Notes: generated by a model not told the origin, from the sequence alone. A stretch of DNA of 64,000 bases from Escherichia coli (GCF_024700885.2 NZ_CP117016.1), one strand, 5' to 3'; positions 1 to 8,954 are shown, numbered from the stretch's first letter. Program-made: numbers and translations.

Positions 1-18
1 CCGGAAAAATCAACCTTG

Positions 19-840
19 TTACCTAGTTACCTTTTTTAACTGCCGCTCAGCCCATGCTTCTTCAATATCAAACCGGGTCACCAGCGCATCATAGAATTTC
101 TTAACTGTTTTTTCCCATGACGCGCGTGTTATCTGGTTTGTCACCTCGCATATAGCATTAAATGCCTCCGTTGATGGTAGCCTTTCATAGCCACGACCAC
201 CACAACGCTGGCAGTCTCTGATAACAGGCATACCACGTTTTACCGACTCTTCACGATGAATGGCGACACCACGCCCACGGCAATCCTTACAGGCGGTGGA
301 AACCTCACCCTTCCCGCCACACTCCGGACAGGCAACTTTTACCACCTCCCTGACTTTTTTCCATTCTTCCCAGTAAGACGGATACACACCTTTCGTACAC
401 TTTGCCCATACCGGCGGCTTACCATCCGGATACTGGACCTTGTTTGTAAAAACTACGCTTTCAATAAATTTTTCCCCATAGCAACAAGGGCACAGCTTTT
501 TACTCGCTGCGCTGCGGGCATAATCCTCAAAAGCGCACGAAGCCATAATGCGCATCACTACCGGTTTTATTTCTGCCGGAAGTTTTCTCAACGCCGCCAC
601 ACGATCGCACCGACTGAGTGCATAATCTGCCAGTAATTCTGTTGCCCGCGCCCTGTCATTCATACTGATGCCCATCTTCCCCAGGAACGCAGAAAACCCC
701 ATCTCAGCCCGATTCTGTGTCATGCCCTGCGCGGCCATCACATCAGTGATACTCAGCGCATCTTTTGACGTTGAGGCCGATGCATCGGTCAGGCAAGGGG
801 ATTTTGGGGAGTAGTATTTCGGTAAATCTTCCAGTTTCAT
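19..840 (-). CDS. phage late-gene antitermination protein Q-like (QuuQ-type, zinc-finger)
   Basis: 273-aa ORF with repeated CxxCxGxG zinc-finger motifs (CPECGGKG, CKDCRGRG, CQRCGGRG); lies downstream of rusA and the DUF968 gene, the position of Q in lambdoid nin/late-control regions. Family call from memory. Confidence 0.55.
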   Translation of the reverse strand: MKLEDLPKYYSPKSPCLTDASASTSKDALSITDVMAAQGMTQNRAEMGFSAFLGKMGISMNDRARATELLADYALSRCDRVAALRKLPAEIKPVVMRIMASCAFEDYARSAASKKLCPCCYGEKFIESVVFTNKVQYPDGKPPVWAKCTKGVYPSYWEEWKKVREVVKVACPECGGKGEVSTACKDCRGRGVAIHREESVKRGMPVIRDCQRCGGRGYERLPSTEAFNAICEVTNQITRASWEKTVKKFYDALVTRFDIEEAWAERQLKKVTR

Positions 841-1211
841 TTTTTGACCTGCTCTTCATGCATTATGGGGTAAATCTTCACCCCCAGACGTCCACCAGAT
901 ACTGGCTGACCACGAACGATATTGATTTCATCAAACTGCTCATCGTCCATTAACACTCCCGCATGCGTCAGCGCATCCAGCGGTGCTTTCAGGATATTGT
1001 CCAGGTCGCGACGACGCTTATCCGGTGGCTCTGCAATCACCTTTATCGCCAGCCTTCCGGACAGGCTTAATTTCAGCCGCTGCTGGCGAACAATAAGCGC
1101 CACAGCACGGCGATAACGCTTTCCCTCCTCCGAGATAAAATATGTGCTGCCACGGCGTCGCCAGTAAGTGTTCACCGTCGGCGGGTAAGGTAAAACCAAA
1201 TCTATGAGCAT
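837..1211 (-). CDS. rusA: RusA-family Holliday junction resolvase
   Basis: 124-aa ORF with the RusA signature DKRRRDLDN and overall RusA-like pattern; start overlaps the upstream gene stop. Confidence 0.8.
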   Translation of the reverse strand: MLIDLVLPYPPTVNTYWRRRGSTYFISEEGKRYRRAVALIVRQQRLKLSLSGRLAIKVIAEPPDKRRRDLDNILKAPLDALTHAGVLMDDEQFDEINIVRGQPVSGGRLGVKIYPIMHEEQVKK

Positions 1212-1223
1212 CAGTCACCTCTT

Positions 1224-2273
1224 TTACCCAAGCACGCCAGTTGCAAAGGCGTGATCAAGAAAACGAAAAATTAAATCAACCTGAGAACCATGCTTTTCTT
1301 CGAACGCCAGCGGATCCGCATGAAGCTCGTTGTGATGCTCCCGACACAGCGGTAGCGTGAAAATATCGTGAGATTTTGTCCCCATTCCGCCCTGACCATG
1401 ACCAATCAGGTGATGGGGATCGTCGGCTGGCTTACCACAACACGCACACGGCTGTGTCTTCACCCAGCGTGTGTATTTCTCGTTAACCCAGCGGCGACGT
1501 TTAGGTCGTTTCATGAAAGATTCCGGAGACTCAGGATCAACGGCAATGCTGACCACCGTCTTTTCCTGTGGTGGGTTCTGTTGCTGGTGGGCGTGAGGCA
1601 GCGGCGCAAGATTTTTTGTGCGCTGTTTCAGTATGCTGGTGGCGGTCTGCTCTCCCGGTACGATGTCGCTTTCACGGTACATTGAGCGGATTTTTTCCGC
1701 ACGCAACCCCAGCGAACGACGTAATACCGCTTCCGGTAGCGCGTCCGCCACCTGATTGCGGACCGCCCACCAGGATAATTCAGCCAGAGATAATTCACGC
1801 TCCTGCGTACCGCTTATTGCGTGACCGATGACGTCAATCATCCATGCTGACAGGTTTTGATGAGCAACTTGCTCGAGTGATTCGGATGTCTGGTCACGCA
1901 GCTGGTTGTCGCAGTGCCAGCACAACACCATTGCGCCGGTACCATAACGGTGAATGACGGTTTCGCTGTGATGATAATCGCCGTGTGGCCACTGGCAGGA
2001 TTTAATATGGCGCAACAGCCAGTCAGACAATGCACCAGCACCACCAGCAGCACGAATCACCCGTGCGTTACTGAAAAACGGCAGCAATGTTTTGTCTTCC
2101 ACCAGCGGCTGGCGAGCGGCAGGAACGACCCCGGACGGCAGATTACGCATGCTTTTCGGTTCCGGCTCCACCAGTAACCGGGTATTGTGGAATACCGGCA
2201 TGGATTCACGGCCCGGCTTAACGATCACCAGCCCGAGTTCCGGTACCAGAACAGGTCGAAGTAATACCCGCAC
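1224..2273 (-). CDS. DUF968 (YdfU-like) prophage protein with C-terminal HNH-like Cys/His motif
   Basis: 349-aa ORF; C-terminus CACCGKPADDPHHLIGHGQGG...CREHHNELH resembles the HNH-like motif of the DUF968 family found next to Q in Qin-type prophages. Confidence 0.6.
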   Translation of the reverse strand: MRVLLRPVLVPELGLVIVKPGRESMPVFHNTRLLVEPEPKSMRNLPSGVVPAARQPLVEDKTLLPFFSNARVIRAAGGAGALSDWLLRHIKSCQWPHGDYHHSETVIHRYGTGAMVLCWHCDNQLRDQTSESLEQVAHQNLSAWMIDVIGHAISGTQERELSLAELSWWAVRNQVADALPEAVLRRSLGLRAEKIRSMYRESDIVPGEQTATSILKQRTKNLAPLPHAHQQQNPPQEKTVVSIAVDPESPESFMKRPKRRRWVNEKYTRWVKTQPCACCGKPADDPHHLIGHGQGGMGTKSHDIFTLPLCREHHNELHADPLAFEEKHGSQVDLIFRFLDHAFATGVLG

Positions 2274-2274
2274 G

Positions 2275-2664
2275 TTACCTCCAGATGCGTTGCTGGAATG
2301 TGCGGGATGGACGCGGTGGGCGTTCGGAGTAAGGCAATCTGACTGAGATTATCCAGTGACGGTAGTCGAGGCTAAGGGCTTTTTTAACCTCGTATCCGCG
2401 CCTGCGGTAACACTGAATTATCCATTCAGCCTGCTCTTCAGTGCATGGTGGATGCTGGAACCAGTCCGATTTGAATGCATGAAAACGCCGTCCGCACCTG
2501 CTGGCAAAGACGGCAGAATCATCAGAATTGTGTAATTTGGTATCGTGCGCCATCGGTTGTCTCTGCTGGCGCAGCAGGTGCCAGTTGTTCAGGCTGGCGT
2601 ATAAAGTATAAATAAACTGGTTCCAGTGTAAAGCCCCTACATTAATGGAATAAAAGTCAAACAA
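2275..2664 (-). CDS. hypothetical prophage protein (position of rem in Qin-like prophages); true start may be an internal Met
   Basis: 129-aa ORF directly upstream of and abutting the DUF968 gene; no recognisable motif. Confidence 0.3.
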   Translation of the reverse strand: MFDFYSINVGALHWNQFIYTLYASLNNWHLLRQQRQPMAHDTKLHNSDDSAVFASRCGRRFHAFKSDWFQHPPCTEEQAEWIIQCYRRRGYEVKKALSLDYRHWIISVRLPYSERPPRPSRTFQQRIWR

Positions 2665-2919
2665 CAGATTGTTGGGATAAACACAACGCTTATTATTAAA
2701 AGCGATTAGATAAATTAAATTTTAATGTTATGCAATTTTACCAGATCATCATAACATCTCGTTTGAAACCACCGAAACAACAACCATATCAATATTGATT
2801 ATGTTAAAGTGAGTAAATATGGAAAACAACAAATCTGCACATTACGCTCCTTTTTTATCTGTGATACTTTTTGTTTTATGCTGTGTGTGGGCATTATTTT
2901 TATAAAAATATTCACAGAT

Positions 2920-2943
2920 AAAATAAACCCGCCGAAGCGGGTT
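2920..2943 (-). terminator. rho-independent terminator at the 3' end of the hok transcript
   Basis: On the minus strand, hairpin AACCCGCTTCGGCGGGTT followed by a T-tract (plus strand aaaataaacccgccgaagcgggtt), about 70 nt downstream of the hok stop. Confidence 0.55.
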
Positions 2944-3011
2944 AAGTGCGGGTGCATTGAGGATGCCTGACACATCCGAGGTGGCGAGGGATTTCTCCCT
3001 CGCCGGGTCTC

Positions 3012-3167
3012 TTACTCCTCAGGTTCGTAAACTGTGAAGACAGCGACCTCCGTCTGGCCGGTTCGGATTCGTACCTCGCAGAGGTCTTTCCTCGTTACCA
3101 GTGCCGTCACTATGACGGTTAAACAGATGACGATCAGGGCGATTAACATCGCCTTTTGCTGCTTCAT
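3012..3167 (-). CDS. hok: Hok/Gef-family type I toxin (51 aa membrane peptide)
   Basis: Minus-strand ORF below the 60-aa cutoff of the ORF track; translation MKQQKAMLIALIVICLTVIVTALVTRKDLCEVRIRTGQTEVAVFTVYEPEE is essentially the HokD/Hok sequence as I recall it. Structured GC-rich 3' region and upstream leader present. Confidence 0.85.
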   Translation of the reverse strand: MKQQKAMLIALIVICLTVIVTALVTRKDLCEVRIRTGQTEVAVFTVYEPEE

Positions 3168-3424
3168 AGCCTGCTTCTCCTTGACCTTTCGGTCCGTAAG
3201 AGGCTAATCTCTATGTGTCGCATAGATATGGCCTCAGATTAATGTTAAACGTCTTGCAGGACGCGTAATGTTACCTGGGGCTTTTCTCTATCTGCCGTTG
3301 GTGTTCATGCCCGAGGCAGATAGCCTCAAGCACCCGCAGTCATTCTACTTAACTAAGATTTCCCCGCAAACCGTTTTTGTCCAGCACAATAAATATCCAA
3401 CTAAACCAATGGAGTTCGCTGTAT

Positions 3425-3604
3425 TTACCGCCAGTATTCAATGCACATGACCGCCATGAACACCCCTAAAAAAAGGGCATTTATATATCCAAATATTAAT
3501 ATCAAAACATCAACTTTTTCCATATACCTTGCTGTGAAGATGATGGGCATACATGATACGAACAACCAGAACGCAACAAACAAAAACTGCAATGCGTTTT
3601 TCAT
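3425..3604 (-). CDS. hypothetical small hydrophobic (membrane) protein
   Basis: 59-aa ORF from internal Met (MKNALQFLFVAFWLFVSCMPIIF...) in an AT-rich stretch; two predicted hydrophobic segments; no family assignment. Confidence 0.3.
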   Translation of the reverse strand: MKNALQFLFVAFWLFVSCMPIIFTARYMEKVDVLILIFGYINALFLGVFMAVMCIEYWR

Positions 3605-4144
3605 TATTCCTCCTACAATCAATGTGCAATTACATTTAAACACACCTCAATTTGGCCGGACATATAAATATCTAAACTAGAAAAAATCACTTACATAGCG
3701 TTACAAACTCTTTAGTCTAAAGGTTCATCGTAAAACATTCCCCATACTTATCAGTCCGTTCCGCGCCAGGTAGCTTATTGCCTTATCTGGCAACCTATAA
3801 TCAGGTTTCCGCTTTTTCAGTTGGCTGGTCGTTTAACCGACATAGTTAACCCATTAATCTAGTTGCCGGATGTTGGTGGATTTTCGCGTTTTAGTTGTTC
3901 ATAAAAGTGCACAGCTTTAACCAGTTCTTCTGATGTAACCAGGGCTGGTGAGGCAGTGAATAAGGCCTGAATTTGATAGTTCGGCCTGTCGTTACAATCC
4001 TCTTTTTTCGGTACATATTTCCAGTCAACAGACCACTACTTCTCCTGAAAGTCCGTAACGCCTTTTTTCACGTAGCGATATCGCCATGCCACTGGTTTTG
4101 CTTGCCCCGCCGTTTCATACCCTTCCTGATAATTAATCTCGCTC

Positions 4145-4319
4145 ATTCATCGCCCCACTCATCACAATATGCTTCGACCGGATTTTTTCCTGCTTCATAA
4201 TCATCACGCCATGCTTCAGCATCAGCAGCACTGCCACCACGTAACTCTGCATAGTCCATTAACAGTTCATGCCATTTTTCAAAACTGACGTTGTATTTAG
4301 TTGAACCAAAATCAGCCAT
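4145..4319 (-). CDS. hypothetical small acidic protein (58 aa)
   Basis: ORF MADFGSTKYNVSFEKWHELLMDYAELRGGSAADAEAWRDDYEAGKNPVEAYCDEWGDE; start overlaps the stop of the upstream 60-aa ORF; below the ORF-track cutoff. Confidence 0.3.
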
Positions 4320-4494
4320 TTTGCTCTTCCTCTTCGTCTTTTATTTCGTGATATGAGTAATTGCAGTAGTTAAAGAAAATACCTTTTGCTTCGTCATGTA
4401 TTTCATCAGGCGTCGCATCAGCATCCACTTCGAATTCATCCTCGAAATCTCCACCAGCCATTCCCGTTTCAATAATTATTTTGAACTTTCGCAT
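4312..4494 (-). CDS. hypothetical small highly acidic protein (60 aa)
   Basis: ORF rich in D/E (GDFEDEFEVDADATPDEIHDE...DEEEEQ); translationally coupled to the next small ORF. Confidence 0.3.
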   Translation of the reverse strand: MRKFKIIIETGMAGGDFEDEFEVDADATPDEIHDEAKGIFFNYCNYSYHEIKDEEEEQNG

Positions 4495-5001
4495 TTCACT
4501 ACCGCCCTTTCGGGTGGCCTCCTGCTGTTCTGAGGGTGCAGAAATCCCTCCGGTTAAGGATTAAATTTTTAACAGTGCTAAATTTAATTATTCAGTTTTG
4601 GATTTTGTCACCCTGCGTATCCGCGCTTTCCCGTTACGCTCAATCTGAATTAGCTTTTCTATATTTTTTCGCCTTTCCCGTTCCTCCTGGCGCAAGAGCC
4701 TTACATCATCTGCCAGTCTGGTTTCTCTTTTCGCCACAGAGAGCATCCAGTCAAATGGCTCCACAACTGCACCGCAGATTTTACAGCGGACCTGACGCTC
4801 TTTTTCGTCAACCCGGACAGAAGCGTGATGGCAATATGGTCTTTCCGATGGCTCATAAAGAAAATTAACCTGATTACGAGGGTCATCCTCTTTTATCGGA
4901 AATAAAACGATATTGCTTAACTAATCCTCTGGTTTTATTTCCATGCTCCTCTCCTTTGATGCGAATGCCAGCGGCAATTGAAGCCTGATAGCTAATTTCA
5001 C

Positions 5002-5424
5002 TCACAGTACCGCCTCCTGAAAATTACCCTGATAGAAAGCCAGTACACGCTGCATAGCTTCGCTCTTCCGGCACTCGCGACAGATTATATTCAGGCGCCT
5101 GTCGTAGCGGCGTATTTCTCCGTCTGGTAATGACCAGATTAGGTCCGGATCAACCGCAGATGGTTTCTTCGGCTTTGCCCTTGAGAGCTTTTTACGGGCA
5201 TTTTGCCAGTCCTTACGCGCCTGTTCAGACGGGAATAACCCGTAACCAGAGTTGTATACATCGCCACTGGCAACCAGCTCTCTGGCCAGAACGCTCATCA
5301 GATATCTTGTTGCCCCAGTTTTAGTTTCCAGTCGTCGTAACGTCTCGCGCCCACTCTGGCGTACGAGTTCAACAACCTGCCCTTTAATTTTTTCCCGCTC
5401 TTCTTGTGTAAAAACTTTTGCCAC
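5002..5424 (-). CDS. hypothetical prophage protein (140 aa)
   Basis: ORF immediately downstream of the replication gene in the same operon orientation; basic, with a CRECRK motif; no confident family. Confidence 0.4.
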   Translation of the reverse strand: MAKVFTQEEREKIKGQVVELVRQSGRETLRRLETKTGATRYLMSVLARELVASGDVYNSGYGLFPSEQARKDWQNARKKLSRAKPKKPSAVDPDLIWSLPDGEIRRYDRRLNIICRECRKSEAMQRVLAFYQGNFQEAVL

Positions 5425-5464
5425 AAGCCCTCCTGAAAATTACCTCATGACCAGAAATTAACAC

Positions 5465-6541
5465 TTACCCCCTGAAGCCCGGCGGAATTTCGTTATCCGG
5501 TTCAGAAATATGATTCACACAACGCTGGTTGTTCGTGCCGCTTACCGGGAGCAACCAGGGGTTCTCAAAATTCCGGTCCGGTCCAAAAAACGTCGTCGCT
5601 CGCTGAACAAATTCCGTTCCCGTTTTCCCGGTAGCCGCCAAGTATCTTGCGTAACGCCTCACGCCATCCAGCATGGCCTCTGGTGGCACCCCCTCGCGTA
5701 ATCTGGCCTTCCAGGCACTGAAAGCGGATTTCTTCGGGTTTGCTCCGGCACGCAACGGGTACTCCCGCCAGACCTGTTCGAACACATCCGGATAATCCAC
5801 TCGTCCCACAGACTGCCCGGTGTTTTCCGGGACTACCCGATCGGCTTCCCGCTGAATGGCGGAATCGGCTTCGGGCTGCTGCAGTTGGTGTGATTGCTCC
5901 GGCCTTGCGGTCATCACCTGCTGCACAGCGCCCGAATCGGCTTTCAGCGCATACGCTGAATCGGCTTCCGGTGTCGTGCCTGCTGGCTGACCAAGATTGA
6001 CGGTCTGAACATCCCCTGCCTGGTTCGTGGCGTTTTTTACGCCATGGACCATAGTGTTTTGATCTTCTTGATCTGTATCTTTATCTGTATCTTTATCTGT
6101 CGTGACTCGTCGTGACATGTGCGTGACATTTCGTGACGCGCCGTGACAATCGCCATTTTGTTCCCGCTTTCTTTCCCTCTCTCGCTGCGCCCTCTTGCGC
6201 TCTGCAGGAGATTTTGCGGTTTGCGAAATATTGCCGTTGTCCTCTTTAAGCACCTGGCGTTTTTCCCATCCAGTGATTAAATCACCATCAAGTACCCGCC
6301 CCTGCATCGTCTGCAAAATTGAATCAATTACCTCTTCTGTCACGTCGAGCGCACTTGCCAAATCTTCTGTCGTGACATCAATGTGACCTCGCGTGACATT
6401 TCGTGACGCGCTCACCAGGAGGTGGATATACACTGCCATCACTGTTGCAATTGGCTGCCCTGACACCCTGGCAATTGTTCGCCACTTAGGGTCATTTGGC
6501 ATGTCATGCCATAATCTGAGCCAGGCGTTAGCCATACTCAC
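5465..6541 (-). CDS. putative phage replication initiation protein (lambda O-like / YdaU DUF1376-like)
   Basis: 358-aa ORF downstream of the cro-like and YdaT-like genes; embeds two arrays of CGTGAC repeats at about 10-bp spacing, as lambda ori lies within O; contains a DKDTDKDTD linker repeat. Confidence 0.6.
   Translation of the reverse strand: MSMANAWLRLWHDMPNDPKWRTIARVSGQPIATVMAVYIHLLVSASRNVTRGHIDVTTEDLASALDVTEEVIDSILQTMQGRVLDGDLITGWEKRQVLKEDNGNISQTAKSPAERKRAQRERERKREQNGDCHGASRNVTHMSRRVTTDKDTDKDTDQEDQNTMVHGVKNATNQAGDVQTVNLGQPAGTTPEADSAYALKADSGAVQQVMTARPEQSHQLQQPEADSAIQREADRVVPENTGQSVGRVDYPDVFEQVWREYPLRAGANPKKSAFSAWKARLREGVPPEAMLDGVRRYARYLAATGKTGTEFVQRATTFFGPDRNFENPWLLPVSGTNNQRCVNHISEPDNEIPPGFRG
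6101..6147. repeat. iteron-like array: 5 x CGTGAC at 10-11 bp spacing (candidate phage ori)
   Basis: CGTGAC at 6101, 6111, 6122, 6132, 6142; preceded by tandem 12-bp repeat atctgtatcttt at 6071-6100. Confidence 0.55.
6371..6407. repeat. second iteron-like array: 4 x (C/T)GTGAC at 10-11 bp spacing
   Basis: Repeats at 6371, 6382, 6392, 6402; shares an identical 20-bp block gcgtgacatttcgtgacgcg with the first array (6121-6140 vs 6391-6410). Confidence 0.55.
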
Positions 6542-6606
6542 CTCTTTTGATACCGAATCTTTTTACTCACAAATTGCCGGAAGTGATCCGGTATGAATAT
6601 TGCGAG

Positions 6607-7032
6607 TCAATGCACAGCCACAATATTTCCTGCAGGGCCACCACGATTCATCTGGTTGAAACCAGCGATCGCCACTGCGACAAAATCATCAGCGTCTCTC
6701 ACCAGTCGTTCCCGCGTCTCCACTAGTTCCCGAAAATAGGCTGAGCTATGACTGCGCATTCGGGCCACCAGCAGAGGTGGCATTGCTTTTTCGATAGCTG
6801 GTAACAACGCCTGAATTTTTTTAACCGCATCAGGGGTGTCTTTCTCCACCCAGCGGAAAATTTTCTGAGTATTGCGAGCCAGGGCTTCCGGATGGCTGTC
6901 GTCATACAGTTCCGGGAACGTCATTCCCAGCTCGAAATACGCTTTGGTAATTTTCACAGCCGGTACTTTTTCGCCGTCCGGATGCGCCCAGGCATTCATC
7001 GCCATGCGGATGTGTTCATGCTTGATTTTCAT
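6607..7032 (-). CDS. YdaT-like prophage protein
   Basis: 141-aa ORF MKIKHEHIRMAMNAWAHPDGEKVP... matching my recollection of Rac YdaT; follows the cro-like gene with ATGA overlap. Confidence 0.6.
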   Translation of the reverse strand: MKIKHEHIRMAMNAWAHPDGEKVPAVKITKAYFELGMTFPELYDDSHPEALARNTQKIFRWVEKDTPDAVKKIQALLPAIEKAMPPLLVARMRSHSSAYFRELVETRERLVRDADDFVAVAIAGFNQMNRGGPAGNIVAVH

Positions 7033-7283
7033 GAATCAACTCCCATCAGCTTTTTCGTAGTAGTTTTATTCCTGCCAATAGTTAAAATTGCATCGGCAGA
7101 AAATAATCCGTTTGATGCAAGAGCGATTTTTTCAGCGTAATTTGTTTCGCCGGTATATTCTGTGCGAGGCAATTTTCCGTTATCCATCCATTTATAGATT
7201 GCTCTTTGGCTGACACCACAAACGTCGGCCACAACAGCAACGCGAACAGTTTTGATTACATCTTCAAGTGTTTTCTGGTTCAT
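7029..7283 (-). CDS. Cro-like / YdaS-like HTH regulator
   Basis: 84 aa from internal Met (MNQKTLEDVIK...); HTH-like segment VCGVSQRAIYKWM; divergent from the DicA-like repressor gene. Start chosen to leave a 79-bp operator region. Confidence 0.55.
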   Translation of the reverse strand: MNQKTLEDVIKTVRVAVVADVCGVSQRAIYKWMDNGKLPRTEYTGETNYAEKIALASNGLFSADAILTIGRNKTTTKKLMGVDS

Positions 7284-7362
7284 ATCACCCTCACAATGTG
7301 AACTTTGAGTACATGCTATAACAGAACTGACAGTACATTCAAGAGCGAATATCATTGAACTT

Positions 7363-7782
7363 ATGGTTCATGAAGATAAAGCGCGTAAAGAGTTCGCCAG
7401 TAGGCTTGCGCTAGCCTGTGAAAACGCTGGTTATGAACAACATGGAAGGCAGGCAGAAATTGCCCGTCGAATGAAATTAACACCAAAAGCGGTTAGCAAA
7501 TGGTTTAATGGCGAAACAATTCCTCGCCGGGAGAAATTAAGGGAATTAGCAACACTAATAGGAACAACACCAACCTATCTTTTGGGAGAGGATACAGAAG
7601 AAAGTGGACAGGTACGTTTCTATCAGGAGTTAAATCCAAGACAAAAAATCATCATTGACCTTCTGGACGAGCTCCCTGACAGTGAGACAGATGAACTTTT
7701 AAAAACTCTTGAAGAGAAAAAACAGAAGTACAATGCAATTTACGAAGAGTTAGCACGAAAGAAAAAACAAAAAGCCTCTTAA
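7363..7782 (+). CDS. DicA/RacR-like XRE-family HTH repressor (immunity repressor)
   Basis: 139-aa ORF with N-terminal HTH and acidic C-terminal helix; heads the ydfABC-dicF-dicB module as dicA does in Qin. Confidence 0.6.
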   Translation: MVHEDKARKEFASRLALACENAGYEQHGRQAEIARRMKLTPKAVSKWFNGETIPRREKLRELATLIGTTPTYLLGEDTEESGQVRFYQELNPRQKIIIDLLDELPDSETDELLKTLEEKKQKYNAIYEELARKKKQKAS

Positions 7783-8079
7783 ACCAGCATAAATCCGGTA
7801 GCGCCTTCCTCCGGGTTTGTGCTTCACTTTATCCCATCTCATTTTTTTACACACAAAATGTACTAAAAGTACTTTACAACAATGAACGCAAAGTACATTA
7901 TATACCTACCACCCACCCCGCCCCACAGAATGCAGGGCAATACTTCGAGTTACCAGGCAGTGGTCAGGGGTTAAGTAGCCAGCCCGAGGCGTAAGAACAT
8001 GACGGCAGGGTTCAACTTTAATAACTATGCAGCAGGTTTTTGTTCCGCTACCCCGGCGTTAAGGGGAAATGAGGTCAGC

Positions 8080-8235
8080 ATGGATACTATCGATCTTGGC
8101 AACAACGAATCTCTGGTGTACGGCGTGTTTCCCAACCAGGACGGCACCTTCACCGCAATGACGTATACCAAAAGCAAAACGTTTAAAACCGAATCTGGAG
8201 CGCGTCGCTGGCTGGAAAGAAATTCAGGTGGGTGA
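8080..8235 (+). CDS. ydfA: YdfA-like small prophage protein
   Basis: 51-aa ORF MDTIDLGNNESLVYGVFPNQDGTF... with good SD (aaggggaaatgagg); matches my recollection of Qin YdfA. Confidence 0.55.
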   Translation: MDTIDLGNNESLVYGVFPNQDGTFTAMTYTKSKTFKTESGARRWLERNSGG

Positions 8236-8236
8236 T

Positions 8237-8368
8237 ATGGATTTCGACACAATCATGGAAAAGGCTTACGAAGAATACTTCGAAGGCCTTGCCGAAGGCG
8301 AAGAAGCTCTCAGCTTCAGCGAATTTAAACAGGCGCTTTCCAGTTCGGCAAAATCTAACGGCTGATAA
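8237..8368 (+). CDS. ydfB: YdfB-like small prophage protein
   Basis: 43-aa ORF MDFDTIMEKAYEEYFEGLAEGEE... immediately after ydfA (1-bp gap). Confidence 0.5.
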
Positions 8369-8394
8369 GCGAAACAGCACCGCGAGGAATCAGC

Positions 8395-8613
8395 GTGCAG
8401 AAACGAGAACCCGTCATCATCGCGCCAGACTATACCGATGATGAACTTTATGAGTGGATGCGCCAGAAAATTAATGCAGCGCAGGATCTGAAATGGGCTA
8501 ATGAAGCCAGGGCTAAGCAGGCTGAAAATCTGTCCGCTCTGGAGCAGGATATCACCAATCTGGAAAAAGCAGCGGCATTAAGCATTGCCAGAATGATTAC
8601 ATACCCGCGTTAG
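8395..8613 (+). CDS. ydfC: YdfC-like prophage protein
   Basis: 72-aa ORF MQKREPVIIAPDYTDDELYEWMRQKINAAQDLKWANEARAKQ...; order ydfA-ydfB-ydfC as in the Qin dicB operon. Confidence 0.55.
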   Translation: MQKREPVIIAPDYTDDELYEWMRQKINAAQDLKWANEARAKQAENLSALEQDITNLEKAAALSIARMITYPR

Positions 8614-8954
8614 TAGCTAATCAACAAAGCTAAGGTTAGTAATTAAGGAGTTCTCCACGGGTGAGGTGGAGTGCGTGCGCCGGACACGGGTGAGCATCCG
8701 GCACTGACAGTTTACTGAAAGGATATTTCCCTGAAAAGTCAGACCATAACGCGAAAGCGCACGGCGAGGTAGCTGGTTCATAGATAGCCTGTCGTTAAAT
8801 TTTCGTCGACCGTGCGCTTCCGGTTGTGGCAATCCGCGAAATGGCGCGGCGGTAAGTATGGCGGGGTTATTCCTTCCCCCGTTGAGGACACCGGGTTGTC
8901 AGGTTGACCATACGCTTAAGTGACAACCCCGCTGCAACGCCCTCTGTTATCAAT

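Noticed and set aside
4536-4886. 110-aa plus-strand and 61-aa minus-strand ORFs from the ORF track
   Set aside because: They overlap a third frame whose translation looks more protein-like (zinc ribbon plus basic helix); treated as alternative-frame artefacts, though none of the three is confirmed.
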